From a virus: a DNA stretch of 64,000 bases. Under the pieces are notes generated by a model that was not told where the DNA came from, searched no databases, and worked only from the letters and a program-made list of their open reading frames with translations. Shown in pieces: positions 11,495-21,508 of the stretch. Position numbers and translations under genes: made by a program. The number at the start of each line of letters is the position of its first letter. Positions within the stretch are counted from its first letter, which is position 1. The stretch covers positions 1-64,000 of the IMG/VR virus record IMGVR_UViG_3300010883_021048; one strand, 5' to 3'.

Positions 11495-13048
11495 TTAAAC
11501 CACCATGAACGATACATCTGGAAGACTTATTAAGCGCTCTATACCGTGATCTTTAACGAGTAGATCTGTGGTATATAGTCTGCCTTTTGCTAACCCAGAT
11601 GTAAGAAAAGATATATACATACCTTCTGAATCTGTCGATACTCTCGTCGAGTTTCTTTCATTATCAAAAGGTACTACGATCTTGCCTGTATCTTTATCGA
11701 CTATTCTGTAATGTATACTATCAACAACAATACTCTTTTTTGTCATAGGAAGCTTATAGGCTTTCTCAGTGACGTCGGCGTCTAGATCATCTATAAACAA
11801 TCTTATGACAGCTTTTGAACCTGCCCTGTAGTTAGGTTGTGCATTGTAGGATGATATTAAGATCCTCCTATTAGAAAAACCAGATGTCGTTCTCTTTTGC
11901 TTCGCTATTTTTATAGAGCCAGTGTAGAACCCTTTCTGTAAGTCGTTAGTTGACCAGATCTCTTTAAGCTCAACATCATCTCTAGTTGTCATAGTATTAC
12001 CAAAGAACGTAGTATTAAATTCGCTTAAGTTGAATGTTCCAGAATATATCCCTTTGGTTCCCTGACCGTCCGTTGAGCCCGTGTGTTGGGATGCTAAGAC
12101 AGAGAAGGTCGTCTCATTGTTTGTACCAGATCCAGATATTAACCGGAGTGTCAGACAGTCTGGGCCCTTTAACTCTGTTAGCGATGAGTCGCTAACTAGG
12201 TTCATCAACTCACCAGATGATAAGTTTGTTAGAAACAACGACGAAGAAACGTTTGTTTGCAAATCTATATGACGGTCTCTGATACTGTCATCCCATGTTA
12301 AAAGTATTCTAGGAGATAACAGTTTGTTCTTTGAATGTCTGGATACAAACCTTTTTACAAATCTTGTCTTTGTATCACTCTCGTCGGATCCGCTAAATGT
12401 TAGTCTAAATCCATTGTTCGTGATATTATTAGCAAGAGAAGATGAAACGACTTTTGTGATATCTAACTCTATGTCACCTGGGCCATCTTCGAAGTACTGA
12501 GAAGACCCAAAGTCTATTTCTGATCCACCAATGGCTCCGCTAGTGATGTAATCTATATTTGAAGAATTTAGATAGCCACCTTGTCCCGAGCCTGATATGT
12601 TCCATAATGAAGGTGATCCAGCAGTTATTGAGGCTGTAATAAAGTTTGTCGTATCAACATCTGAAAACTGGGAAGTACTTCTACCAGACCCTTCGTCAAA
12701 CTTAACTGCCAAAGGGTAACCAACTATGTTAAAGTTTAAAGGGACGGGAGTTCCGGATGGCACTTCTGTTAGTCTTAGCATGGCTTTAAAAGAAGGACTA
12801 TTTATATCTAGACTCTGTGACGTTAATGGAACTAAATTAGAGTAGTCAAATTTTATTAAAATCCTAGATATTTCTTCTACAGAAGAAGTTATTCTGGTAC
12901 CAGACTCTATGAACGAAGACTCGTCATAAAGTTTAAACAAATCCAGGGTACCGGCCATACCGACGTTTGCGTCTGTGGCTCTAAACTTATTTTGCAGTAT
13001 CTTATTTGTTATGTAAGTGTCTGCGCTTGCTGTTAGAATATAAAACAT
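11495..13048 (-). CDS. Virion structural protein with a DNRLRE/CBM96-like N-terminal domain
   Basis: ADTYI...SRILIKFD...IELDITKVV...NNGFRL...PRILLTW pattern; inside the baseplate operon. Confidence 0.5.
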   Translation of the reverse strand: MFYILTASADTYITNKILQNKFRATDANVGMAGTLDLFKLYDESSFIESGTRITSSVEEISRILIKFDYSNLVPLTSQSLDINSPSFKAMLRLTEVPSGTPVPLNFNIVGYPLAVKFDEGSGRSTSQFSDVDTTNFITASITAGSPSLWNISGSGQGGYLNSSNIDYITSGAIGGSEIDFGSSQYFEDGPGDIELDITKVVSSSLANNITNNGFRLTFSGSDESDTKTRFVKRFVSRHSKNKLLSPRILLTWDDSIRDRHIDLQTNVSSSLFLTNLSSGELMNLVSDSSLTELKGPDCLTLRLISGSGTNNETTFSVLASQHTGSTDGQGTKGIYSGTFNLSEFNTTFFGNTMTTRDDVELKEIWSTNDLQKGFYTGSIKIAKQKRTTSGFSNRRILISSYNAQPNYRAGSKAVIRLFIDDLDADVTEKAYKLPMTKKSIVVDSIHYRIVDKDTGKIVVPFDNERNSTRVSTDSEGMYISFLTSGLAKGRLYTTDLLVKDHGIERLISLPDVSFMVV

Positions 13049-13052
13049 TTGT

Positions 13053-14897
13053 CTACCTTACTGTTACAATCAGATCCCTATTGGGATATCTTATTTCAAA
13101 AATAGAACCAGGAGGACCGACCACCATCTTTTGTATAGTATTAGCGTTAACATTAAAAGAGTTCTGTGAATACTGTCTATCTTCTATCACTCCAGTAATG
13201 TTTGCTACCTTAAAGTCAACTAGAGATATCACACCTTCACTATTTATAATAGAGTTCATTATATCAGAAGTTGGAATTGGTTGGTCAATTTGTATATTTT
13301 TTATATCTAAAAGAGAAGCTAAATTAGCTATTATCTTTTGTGCTACTTGAGACTTGTTGGCTTCAGGATGAGCTACAACATCAACATTCACGCCTAGATT
13401 TATTATTTTAGCGTCCATTATATCATATGCATCGCTAACAGCCCTGAACTCATTTAGATAAGTTCTAAGGTTTTTCTTTAGAGTATCAGAAGACATTACC
13501 AACAAGCCTGATTTCTGTCTTGACACTATAAAGATTTGAGACGCAAGGGAATTAATAGGGTTAGGCCGTATTCCAGCTCTGTACACTCTACCAAAAGCGT
13601 TGGGTAAGGTGTATATTCTTGATATTAGATCTGACTTGGTTACTATTCTTGACTGGCTATTTCTTGCAGCGGGTATTTGTGATCTTAGGTTCTCTAGAGT
13701 GGGTGCCCTATCACCATCCATAGCTGGTAATGGGTTTGAGACGTCTATGCTGGATCTTACTGCGCTCGCAGACTTGGCTGATGCACGAGCAGAAAACTTT
13801 AAGAAAAGCTTAGTTACAGTCCTCACCATATCTTGTCCTACGTTATGTCTAAGACCTCCGCCTGATCTATATGACACTGTCAAGACAGTATTTCTAGGGG
13901 CGATTCCAAGCGTTTGCGTTTGCATTAATTTATTTGGGTCAAGAGCAAAGCGAGCAAAAGTCTTTTTACCGTACAGCGGAATTGCCAATTCTGAAGGATC
14001 TGGTAACAGATCATTATCTGTTGTAGTTGCGTCTCCAGAGCCGAATTGTATGGTAGTTAGTTTTGTATCATAATCGTAAGAAGAGATGTACCTGTAAGGA
14101 GCGGGAATAACTTCTAGATTATAGTCTACGTTGTCAGAATCTTCAGTCACATTCGCGGTGCGCTTAAATACCGTGTCTTGAGAGAGAGATTCTACCTCGT
14201 AAAACTCATTACCATCAGAGTCCTTCACACTTACTATAGACGTCACATTTTCGTCTGGAAGTATTATCTTCCTAAAAGGTGTAGATACATTCGGTATCGG
14301 AAATTTTTCTTGTTTTCTCGCCCCAGATATAGCCAGTCCCGTTCTAACTACTACGAATGATGTAGGTATAGAAAAGTCATCAGTCTGGACTACTACAGCA
14401 TCGTACAAATATTCTCCTGTAGTCTTCTTCTCAGCAAAATCTACATCTTCTAATAAGCTGAACGGCACACCATCGTTTGAAACGAATGTAGTAGATGATA
14501 AAACTTTAGGTAATAGATCCGGATCTGGAGTTGTGTCTCCCCCTGTGGTGACGGCGGGAAGCTCAAAATATATTTTTATCATTACTACGGAAGGGCTAGC
14601 ACCTCTAGCTTTAACTCCAGCATTACGCAAATGTCTTTTTATATTTCTGTTTTCTACGGCCGTTGACCAATTTAGCTCGTTAAATTGATGATCAAGATAA
14701 AATGACATTGAGTCGCCGACGTACGCGGCCATATCGAGCAGAAGCCCTCCAAGACCTGGCTCCGTAAAGTCTTGTATTTTGTCCGAAAAGAACAGCTTCG
14801 CATGAGAATAAAGCTCATTTCTAAAAGACTGGAAATCTTTTGCCAGATAATTTCTTTTCGTCGCGTTCTTTAATTGTCTCTTTACGTTTATAGCCAT
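13053..14897 (-). CDS. Baseplate wedge subunit, T4 gp6 / baseplate J-like
   Basis: NYLAKDFQSFRNEL...QDFTEPGLGGLLLDMAAYVGDSMSFYLD, IQFGSG, YRSGGG, and SQSRIVTKSD (compare the gp6 AQNRAVT..DY motif). Confidence 0.85.
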   Translation of the reverse strand: MAINVKRQLKNATKRNYLAKDFQSFRNELYSHAKLFFSDKIQDFTEPGLGGLLLDMAAYVGDSMSFYLDHQFNELNWSTAVENRNIKRHLRNAGVKARGASPSVVMIKIYFELPAVTTGGDTTPDPDLLPKVLSSTTFVSNDGVPFSLLEDVDFAEKKTTGEYLYDAVVVQTDDFSIPTSFVVVRTGLAISGARKQEKFPIPNVSTPFRKIILPDENVTSIVSVKDSDGNEFYEVESLSQDTVFKRTANVTEDSDNVDYNLEVIPAPYRYISSYDYDTKLTTIQFGSGDATTTDNDLLPDPSELAIPLYGKKTFARFALDPNKLMQTQTLGIAPRNTVLTVSYRSGGGLRHNVGQDMVRTVTKLFLKFSARASAKSASAVRSSIDVSNPLPAMDGDRAPTLENLRSQIPAARNSQSRIVTKSDLISRIYTLPNAFGRVYRAGIRPNPINSLASQIFIVSRQKSGLLVMSSDTLKKNLRTYLNEFRAVSDAYDIMDAKIINLGVNVDVVAHPEANKSQVAQKIIANLASLLDIKNIQIDQPIPTSDIMNSIINSEGVISLVDFKVANITGVIEDRQYSQNSFNVNANTIQKMVVGPPGSIFEIRYPNRDLIVTVR

Positions 14898-14900
14898 TTT

Positions 14901-15398
14901 TTATCCCGCAGAATATAGAATAACTTCTATATTTCTTATCTTTGTAAATAGTTTTGGAATGCTGTATCCAACAACTATACCAATTTTAGCAACATCTTTG
15001 TTATCAAAGTTTTCCACTATGGGTGAAAAAGTTTCTAAAGAAACGTATGGCATGTATTTTCTAACAGCAGTGCTTATCCTGGTCATGGCCTCGGATTGTC
15101 CTCCCTCTTCCTGCATTTCAAAAGTAAGCTCAGCCAAATTTGCACCAAACTTAGGATGTCCTAATCTTTCGCCATGATTAGTTAGTATCAGATTAAGAAG
15201 GTTATCGTGTAGTTGGTCAGGAAAATTATTATGCATTTCCAAGAAACTTTTTCCTGTTTCAGATAACGTTAAGGGTGTCTTTACTCCAACAGGTGGCAGC
15301 TCTGGGGTGCTTCTTGCTAATTTCTTACTTAGCTCAGCAGACTTTCCTACAGATTTAAAACTGTATACTTTTCTATTTGCATCTCTTGTTACTGACAT
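14901..15398 (-). CDS. Baseplate wedge protein, gp25/GPW-like
   Basis: LLNLILTNHGERLGHPKFGANL matches the gp25 L.T..GER...P.FG motif; directly upstream of the gp6-like gene. Confidence 0.85.
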   Translation of the reverse strand: MSVTRDANRKVYSFKSVGKSAELSKKLARSTPELPPVGVKTPLTLSETGKSFLEMHNNFPDQLHDNLLNLILTNHGERLGHPKFGANLAELTFEMQEEGGQSEAMTRISTAVRKYMPYVSLETFSPIVENFDNKDVAKIGIVVGYSIPKLFTKIRNIEVILYSAG

Positions 15399-15450
15399 AT
15401 TATATAATCACCGCCATCCCTAAATATCCTGGTGCAGAAAATAGTGGCAA

Positions 15451-15714
15451 CTATAATAGCACACCAGTACCGACTCCGATGCCAGTACCTACTACTGGCC
15501 CTACAGCACTAGCTCCAATAACGGCAGTATTAACTATAGTAACGTTTACTATTGCTTGAGTTACATACGCATTTACTGCAGTCGCGATGTCTGACGCTAA
15601 CGTGTTAATAATCGTGTCTGGACTTGCACCATCTCTTTCTCCGTCCGCTTTAGCTTTTCTAAAAGCTGCCGCTATTTGTAACTCTAAAGGTATTACTGCT
15701 ACTGACAATGGCAT
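15451..15714 (-). CDS. Small hypothetical protein downstream of the spike gene (possible spike-associated protein)
   Basis: GGAG RBS; Ala/Val/Gly-rich C-terminus; located between the spike and gp25-like genes. Confidence 0.55.
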   Translation of the reverse strand: MPLSVAVIPLELQIAAAFRKAKADGERDGASPDTIINTLASDIATAVNAYVTQAIVNVTIVNTAVIGASAVGPVVGTGIGVGTGVLL

Positions 15715-15723
15715 ATCGTTCTC

Positions 15724-17559
15724 CTATTCTCCGAATATTCTTTCTGATTGAACTGTTGAGATATTACTCTTCAAACTACCCGCTATCTCACTTTTTAGTT
15801 CGGTGACTGCTTGATTAAGCTGTATAGATGGCGCACCGTATCCTGGAGTAGTGTGAGTCAAGACTTTATCACAAAACGCGGTTAACGCGTCCATTGTGCT
15901 ATGCCATAGAGTCTCTAGATCAGAATATCTAACATAAGGTTGTGAACCGCCTTCGCCAGGTCCGGCTGCGGATCCTTCGTCAGCTTCGGAACGACCGATA
16001 ATAATTTTAGAACCGCTTATCTGTATAGTGCCATCTGGTAACATCAGAAAAGCTGCCAGATCCTCGTTAGGGACACCCTCCTTAATTAATCTTATAGAAC
16101 CATTGATTTCTGGAGCACCAGGTACAGGGACGTCTGGTGACATCTTTCTTGCTATTATTCTTATTTCATCAGCCTTTGTAACAACAGCTGATGGATGATC
16201 ATCCTCCCTGTTAATCAAATCATATTGACCGAAAGTTTCGCCTATAGGACTCGGGATAGATTCACCAGGAGTATCGATAGTAAAGTTTTCGTCTACGTTA
16301 GATGAGTGAGATACTATTATTCGGGCAGCGTCAACAAAAAAGTCGGGGTCACCCTCTGTAGGATTGTCTTTTCTATTTTTTTCAGCGTTGTTTGTTTCCT
16401 GAGGATTTTTATTAACTTCCACCCACGCTTGACGACCTGTCTCAGGATTAGGAGAGTTTTTAATAACTCTTGAAGTTGGAGGTGCTGGATCTTCGCTTAT
16501 CTCTGTTTTGACATCTTCGTTCAATACACGCCAGTTATATCTTCCTCGGCCGGCTACGATATCAATCACGCCCCAGGGTTGATCTTTTCTTTCATCAATT
16601 ACTGTGTCGTCTTCGGTCGCATTTGACACAACACTTGTAACGGGATCATCTCCATTTTTCCACCCTCTAGATTCACCTAAGCATATCAACGTATTATTCG
16701 AGCCCTGTATTACCAGATCACCCGGACGTTTTGTGTATCGTGGAACATCTTGCCCCCTAAACTGCTTATATGCTCCGGATATGTTTACTATATCTTCATA
16801 TGCAAACTCATCTTTTAGAGTATATCCCTCACCCTCTCCGGTGCCATTAGGAAAGCCAAAAATCCTATCGTCTAATTTGTCACCATTTAAATCAAACGAC
16901 TCTTCGGTACCTTGTGCTTCGCCTGAGGCTGGTGGGTCACTAATCGGCTGTTGGGGATCATCACCTGTTGCAGCATCAGCTTTTTCTTTTGATGATTTTT
17001 CAGCCGTAGATCCTACAAATTTTCTATCACCATGAGTGTAGTTTATGTCATCGACGTGATCTGGCTCCGTTATACGACACATCCAATACATGATCTTAGA
17101 TGGCATGTCAGATGAGTCCGTCACCAACCAGACTTGCTCTCCAGGTTTCAGGGGCATACACAAGTGGGGTGGAAAAAATGGGTAAGCCAGTATACCGACT
17201 TCACCAACTTTTTCTTTCTCAGGTATAGTTTCTCTATTCTCTACAGCTGCTTCTTGCTCTTCCTCTGTAGGCTTCTCTCTAGCTTCTGGCGCTTTTTTGT
17301 CCGCGCCACCAGTTATTACTCTAGCTATAATAGAGTTTCTAGGAGCCGTCTCCAACAAAGCAGGGGCGTCGATGAGCGTTTTCATTTCCTCTATATCTTC
17401 ATCAGGAAATGCAGCTAAATCATAGAGTACTTCAACCACAACAGCACGTAATAATACTTGATTAGGTGGAGCTAACGCTGCAGCATCTACTGTACTGGCT
17501 ACAGATGATTGTGAATTTAAGGATTCTGAAATTGCATCGGTGCCGGTATTCGCTGCCAT
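15724..17559 (-). CDS. Baseplate hub/central spike protein (gp5/gpV-like)
   Basis: OB-fold-like YPFFPPHLCMPLKPGEQVWLV, GDLVIQGSNNTLICLG, and C-terminal LTHTTPGYGAPS resembling a spike tip; lies upstream of gp25/gp6. Confidence 0.6.
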   Translation of the reverse strand: MAANTGTDAISESLNSQSSVASTVDAAALAPPNQVLLRAVVVEVLYDLAAFPDEDIEEMKTLIDAPALLETAPRNSIIARVITGGADKKAPEAREKPTEEEQEAAVENRETIPEKEKVGEVGILAYPFFPPHLCMPLKPGEQVWLVTDSSDMPSKIMYWMCRITEPDHVDDINYTHGDRKFVGSTAEKSSKEKADAATGDDPQQPISDPPASGEAQGTEESFDLNGDKLDDRIFGFPNGTGEGEGYTLKDEFAYEDIVNISGAYKQFRGQDVPRYTKRPGDLVIQGSNNTLICLGESRGWKNGDDPVTSVVSNATEDDTVIDERKDQPWGVIDIVAGRGRYNWRVLNEDVKTEISEDPAPPTSRVIKNSPNPETGRQAWVEVNKNPQETNNAEKNRKDNPTEGDPDFFVDAARIIVSHSSNVDENFTIDTPGESIPSPIGETFGQYDLINREDDHPSAVVTKADEIRIIARKMSPDVPVPGAPEINGSIRLIKEGVPNEDLAAFLMLPDGTIQISGSKIIIGRSEADEGSAAGPGEGGSQPYVRYSDLETLWHSTMDALTAFCDKVLTHTTPGYGAPSIQLNQAVTELKSEIAGSLKSNISTVQSERIFGE

Positions 17560-17562
17560 CTG

Positions 17563-17931
17563 TCAGTCCTGTATTTGCGAAAATAAATCGTCTGAATTTA
17601 TCTGGCTGTATTCGCTCTCTGATTTATTCATGAGCTCCGCCAATTTTATTAATTGATCGTTTGCCTTGTTCATACGTTCGATATATTTTGATAAGGTGGC
17701 TCCTAGAACAGCATGTTCTGTTGTTCCTTGACTCATCGCAGTGTACGCTTCTACAAAAAGAACATGAGCATTTTGACGATCAAGGTTTGCATTTTCGTAT
17801 ATTTCTTTCCATAGGATCTTCTTTTTCGCGTCAGCATGTTCAATCTTTCGCAGAACATCCTCAAATCCTTTTGTCTTATTTTTTAGCTTATCGAAGTCTT
17901 GGAGCGCGCCGGAAACTTTTTCTATAGACAT
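17563..17931 (-). CDS. Hypothetical helical protein (122 aa)
   Basis: Clean ORF between the sigma-like gene and the spike gene. Confidence 0.6.
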   Translation of the reverse strand: MSIEKVSGALQDFDKLKNKTKGFEDVLRKIEHADAKKKILWKEIYENANLDRQNAHVLFVEAYTAMSQGTTEHAVLGATLSKYIERMNKANDQLIKLAELMNKSESEYSQINSDDLFSQIQD

Positions 17932-17940
17932 ATCATTATC

Positions 17941-18678
17941 CTAAAGCAAATCTATCAATTTGTCATCATGAACTATCTGCTTATAATGCTTTCTTATTTT
18001 TGACATTGCAACCGAAAGTTGCTTAGAGTTTAGTCCAGATATTTCTCTGATATATACGTATATCGCCCGCTTGTTTAAGAAGTCAAGGTTCTCTACGTTA
18101 TTGAACACTGTCTTGATGGCGGATACACATAATACTTCATTTTGCTTCTTAACCCTTCCTTCTAGCTCATCAATAACTTTCATTATTTCGTTCTTAAAAT
18201 TAGCTTTCTCTAAAACCTCGTCAGGACCGGGTATCACCTGGTAGTTCGCTATCGTGTGCTTGTCGGCGGCGCTTAAATGAGCCATCTCAGACATAGAGAC
18301 ATGACGGTGGTAGTTCTTTTTAGCATTTCGACATCTAATGATTAACCAGTTTTTTGCAACAACATTAAAATAAGAGAAAGCTTTTGTACCTCGTGCAGGA
18401 TCCCACTTGTGTATCGTCTCATATAAGAACGCGACACAGTCTACTTTCATGCTATTAACTGTTTCATACGGAGAATTAAATCTATAAACGTATATTAAGC
18501 TTTCAGCCAGTTGCTCAAACGCATTAGAGATATCATCTTTGTATATTTTCTCTCTTAACGTTTTGTCTGGTTCATTCTGATACGTTTCTATAGAAGCCTG
18601 CGTATCTTTGGTGAAATACATGTTTCTTTTCGTACCAGGTTTTCTTCTGATTATTTTCTTTTTCTTTGTTATAGTCAT
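17941..18678 (-). CDS. Late-transcription sigma factor, T4 gp55-like
   Basis: YFT...FEQLAESLIYVYRF...DCVAFLYETIHKWDPARGTKAFSYFNVVAKNWL resembles the sigma region-2 FDP..S.AF.YFT motif of gp55-type proteins. Confidence 0.65.
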   Translation of the reverse strand: MTITKKKKIIRRKPGTKRNMYFTKDTQASIETYQNEPDKTLREKIYKDDISNAFEQLAESLIYVYRFNSPYETVNSMKVDCVAFLYETIHKWDPARGTKAFSYFNVVAKNWLIIRCRNAKKNYHRHVSMSEMAHLSAADKHTIANYQVIPGPDEVLEKANFKNEIMKVIDELEGRVKKQNEVLCVSAIKTVFNNVENLDFLNKRAIYVYIREISGLNSKQLSVAMSKIRKHYKQIVHDDKLIDLL

Positions 18679-18995
18679 TATGTTTGTATCTCCGGCGCTT
18701 CGTTTTCTTCGCTCATAGAACTAGAAAGAGCATTAGCAACGTCCATCATGGCATCTCTAGATCGTGTCATATCACTTTTAAGGCGCTTTATCTCAGGGCT
18801 GTCAGAGAATAGTGGTATTGCTAGAATTTCGTCTATAGAGTCAATTCTATTATCTATTATCTCCAAGCTGTCCTCTAGAGTATCTTGTACAGTAAGAACA
18901 AGGATGCCTGTTTTATATAACATAGATGCTAACCATGCGTTCGCTACCCCTTGAATAACAAAGAGTAGAAGTAATATTATCTCAAGAATTGTCAA
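18678..18995 (-). CDS. Hypothetical membrane-anchored protein with a coiled-coil tail
   Basis: Hydrophobic N-terminus (ILEIILLLLFVIQGV); overlaps both neighbours. Confidence 0.6.
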   Translation of the reverse strand: MTILEIILLLLFVIQGVANAWLASMLYKTGILVLTVQDTLEDSLEIIDNRIDSIDEILAIPLFSDSPEIKRLKSDMTRSRDAMMDVANALSSSMSEENEAPEIQT

Positions 18996-20163
18996 CTATG
19001 ACCCCAAGCTTTCTGCTATACTCATCCATAACAGAATTAATGTTAAATAAATTATTGATTTTTTCGCTTGACTCTTTCGCCCACTTAGTAGGGAGTTCAC
19101 TTGATTTTCTAAACTTTTTTACTCTCGATTTAAAGCTTTCTTCGTTAGGCTCTGCCCATCTCGCGCCTTGAACCCAAATCCTACCGTCGCACATTTGCGG
19201 AGGTACGTTGATTAGTTTAAAAGTTACATCAAGATATTTTGTATGTTTCAAGAAGTCTAAGTGACCAGAATGACCTGTTGCTATTATTGGTAGCCCAGAC
19301 GCGGCTGCGTCTAGAATAGGTAAGCCCCATCCTTCACCTCTCGTTGGCGCGCACAGTACATTAACACTCTCGTGCTTGTATAACGCACCGATCTCGTCTG
19401 GACTTAATAATCCGTGGAGAACGTGAACTCTAGGGTATTTGCCAGGTCTTATTTCTGACAATACTTGAGAAATCATCTTTTCTGTATGCGTCCTATCTTG
19501 GCATGTCATTCTTCCCATATTGGTTTTTATAATGATACCAGCGGAAGCATCGTCTTTAAGCTCTTCACATAACCACTTTAGACAATTAAATGTATTTTTC
19601 CTGTCTGTCTGTACATCATGAGAAGTAATTTGACCAAACATAAGAAAGTTAAAATCTGTTGATAGAGCGCTAAGCTTATCGTTTAATTTATCAACATCCG
19701 GTGTGATATTAAAGTTACAAGTTATCGCTTCCGGAATGCTCATTATTTTCTGGGGATTTAGCCCTCCATTTAGGAACGCTACCTTAGAATATTCACTCGG
19801 TACTACAACTGATGTCATTTTTTCCGCAGCGGCGATCCAGCTCTGGTTGCATTTATCTGCCTCGATACCTGCGGTGACGCCTATATTAATCTCTGCTAAA
19901 TTAGGATCCCACTCGTCTGGTAGCTGGACTTGTAGTGATAACCCAGTTTTTAACGAAGGATTAGGATCTTGAGACCTACTCATGATATCGCCTATGATAC
20001 CCTCTTCGGCTGCTGGATCTATATGGTAGGTACACATTCCCCATGGTACTATAGACGCGTAAACATCCCACCCTTTTTGTGATCTAGCCCATTTCCATAT
20101 CTGTCTTGTATGGTTTCCGTATCCTGTTACGCTAAGTAGCGGACCTCTTACGATAACGATCAT
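18982..20163 (-). CDS. Glycosyltransferase, GT4 (GT-B)
   Basis: TGYGNHTR; TRGEGWGLPILDAAASGLPIIATGHSGHLDF (GT4 E-x7-E/D motif). Confidence 0.9.
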   Translation of the reverse strand: MIVIVRGPLLSVTGYGNHTRQIWKWARSQKGWDVYASIVPWGMCTYHIDPAAEEGIIGDIMSRSQDPNPSLKTGLSLQVQLPDEWDPNLAEINIGVTAGIEADKCNQSWIAAAEKMTSVVVPSEYSKVAFLNGGLNPQKIMSIPEAITCNFNITPDVDKLNDKLSALSTDFNFLMFGQITSHDVQTDRKNTFNCLKWLCEELKDDASAGIIIKTNMGRMTCQDRTHTEKMISQVLSEIRPGKYPRVHVLHGLLSPDEIGALYKHESVNVLCAPTRGEGWGLPILDAAASGLPIIATGHSGHLDFLKHTKYLDVTFKLINVPPQMCDGRIWVQGARWAEPNEESFKSRVKKFRKSSELPTKWAKESSEKINNLFNINSVMDEYSRKLGVIVDNS

Positions 20164-20166
20164 AAG

Positions 20167-21423
20167 CTATAACTCCGTGACGCTGTATCTTGGAACAACT
20201 CTTTCACCAGCCTTCCAGTTATTAGATAATTTTAGTAAAGATTCATGCCACATATCAATAGTTGTTTGCATTGAAAACTCAGACATGACATATTCTCTAG
20301 CCTTTATGCCTAGAGCCTTTCTTTCATTACTGCTCATTGAGTATAATTTGTATATAGCATCGGCTGTGTCATCAAGACATACATAGTCTTCGTATATATA
20401 AGGAACAGACTGGGAACCTACTAGTGTCTTGGTTTTTATATCTAGTCCTACACCATTCTCTGTGCCGTCACGATGATCTATAACTTGTCTTGTTAAGCCA
20501 CCCGTCTTGGCGGCTATAATAGGGTTTGCTACCTGCATAGACTCTAAAGTCGCAAGACCAAATCCTTCGGCATATGCTATGTTTATGCATGCATCAGATA
20601 TGTTATGCATAGTGTTCATAACCTCAAAGTCAACTCTTTCATTTGAGAAAATTACGCTATTAGTAATACCTAGCATGTCAGATACCGCCAAAAGGTTAGG
20701 GCCTTCTTGATCATGAGGATCTGTGTGCATTAAAAGAGTCGTTTTATTTTTCTGGTGTGGTGTAAGCTTATCTAGAAACTTCTTCCATGCTGCCAAAACA
20801 TCGGACGGTCTTTTTCTTTTTGCGTTTCTATTAACCCAAAATAATACAAAGTTATCTTTCTTATCGTAGCCTAGCATTTTTTGCTTAGCGTGCTTAATAT
20901 CATTATCTTCCATAGGATAGAAAAGATTATCAGGGAGTGCATGAGGTATGAAGTTAGTTCTTTCAGGAAACTTTTCCTTGACTATTTCATATGTCAAATA
21001 AGAATGACAATTTATTAGATCGGTTGACCTGTAGTAGTCTTCGTTATAGGCAGGAGAGGGATAGTTGTCCCAAACATGCCAATATGCAATTGGACATATC
21101 TGATGAATCTCATCTTCCATAGCCCATAACCACGTAAAGAACCTGGGATCTGTGAAGATCATCAGTATATCTGGTTTTTCTGCTGCTAAAGCGATACGTA
21201 GCATATCTGGATTACCAAAACCATCAATTGGCTTGATTATAAAATCTGGATTAGGAGCTTGTACTTCATAATCAAGATGCTTTAAAGCGGCACCGAACTG
21301 TCTAACTGTCCAGTTGCCCTTTTCTATTAAACCATTCATCAAGAATCTTGACTGGCAACCAACACCTGACGTGCTTAGAGCGTGATCAGATAGCAGCAGT
21401 ATTTTTAATTTCTTTTTATTGAT
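20167..21423 (-). CDS. Glycosyltransferase, GT4 (GT-B); true start probably upstream of the track's TTG at 21342
   Basis: NRNAKRKRP and AEGFGLATLESM. The frame stays open upstream as (I)NKKKLKILLLSDHALSTSGVGCQSRF until an in-frame TAA at 21430-21432. Confidence 0.88.
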   Translation of the reverse strand: MNKKKLKILLLSDHALSTSGVGCQSRFLMNGLIEKGNWTVRQFGAALKHLDYEVQAPNPDFIIKPIDGFGNPDMLRIALAAEKPDILMIFTDPRFFTWLWAMEDEIHQICPIAYWHVWDNYPSPAYNEDYYRSTDLINCHSYLTYEIVKEKFPERTNFIPHALPDNLFYPMEDNDIKHAKQKMLGYDKKDNFVLFWVNRNAKRKRPSDVLAAWKKFLDKLTPHQKNKTTLLMHTDPHDQEGPNLLAVSDMLGITNSVIFSNERVDFEVMNTMHNISDACINIAYAEGFGLATLESMQVANPIIAAKTGGLTRQVIDHRDGTENGVGLDIKTKTLVGSQSVPYIYEDYVCLDDTADAIYKLYSMSSNERKALGIKAREYVMSEFSMQTTIDMWHESLLKLSNNWKAGERVVPRYSVTEL

Positions 21424-21508
21424 ATAGCGTTAACTCACATCAAAAGAATTATATCCCCATGTGTGTAATCATATTAAATGATCTACAGAAGTATATTTAT
21501 CTAACATA

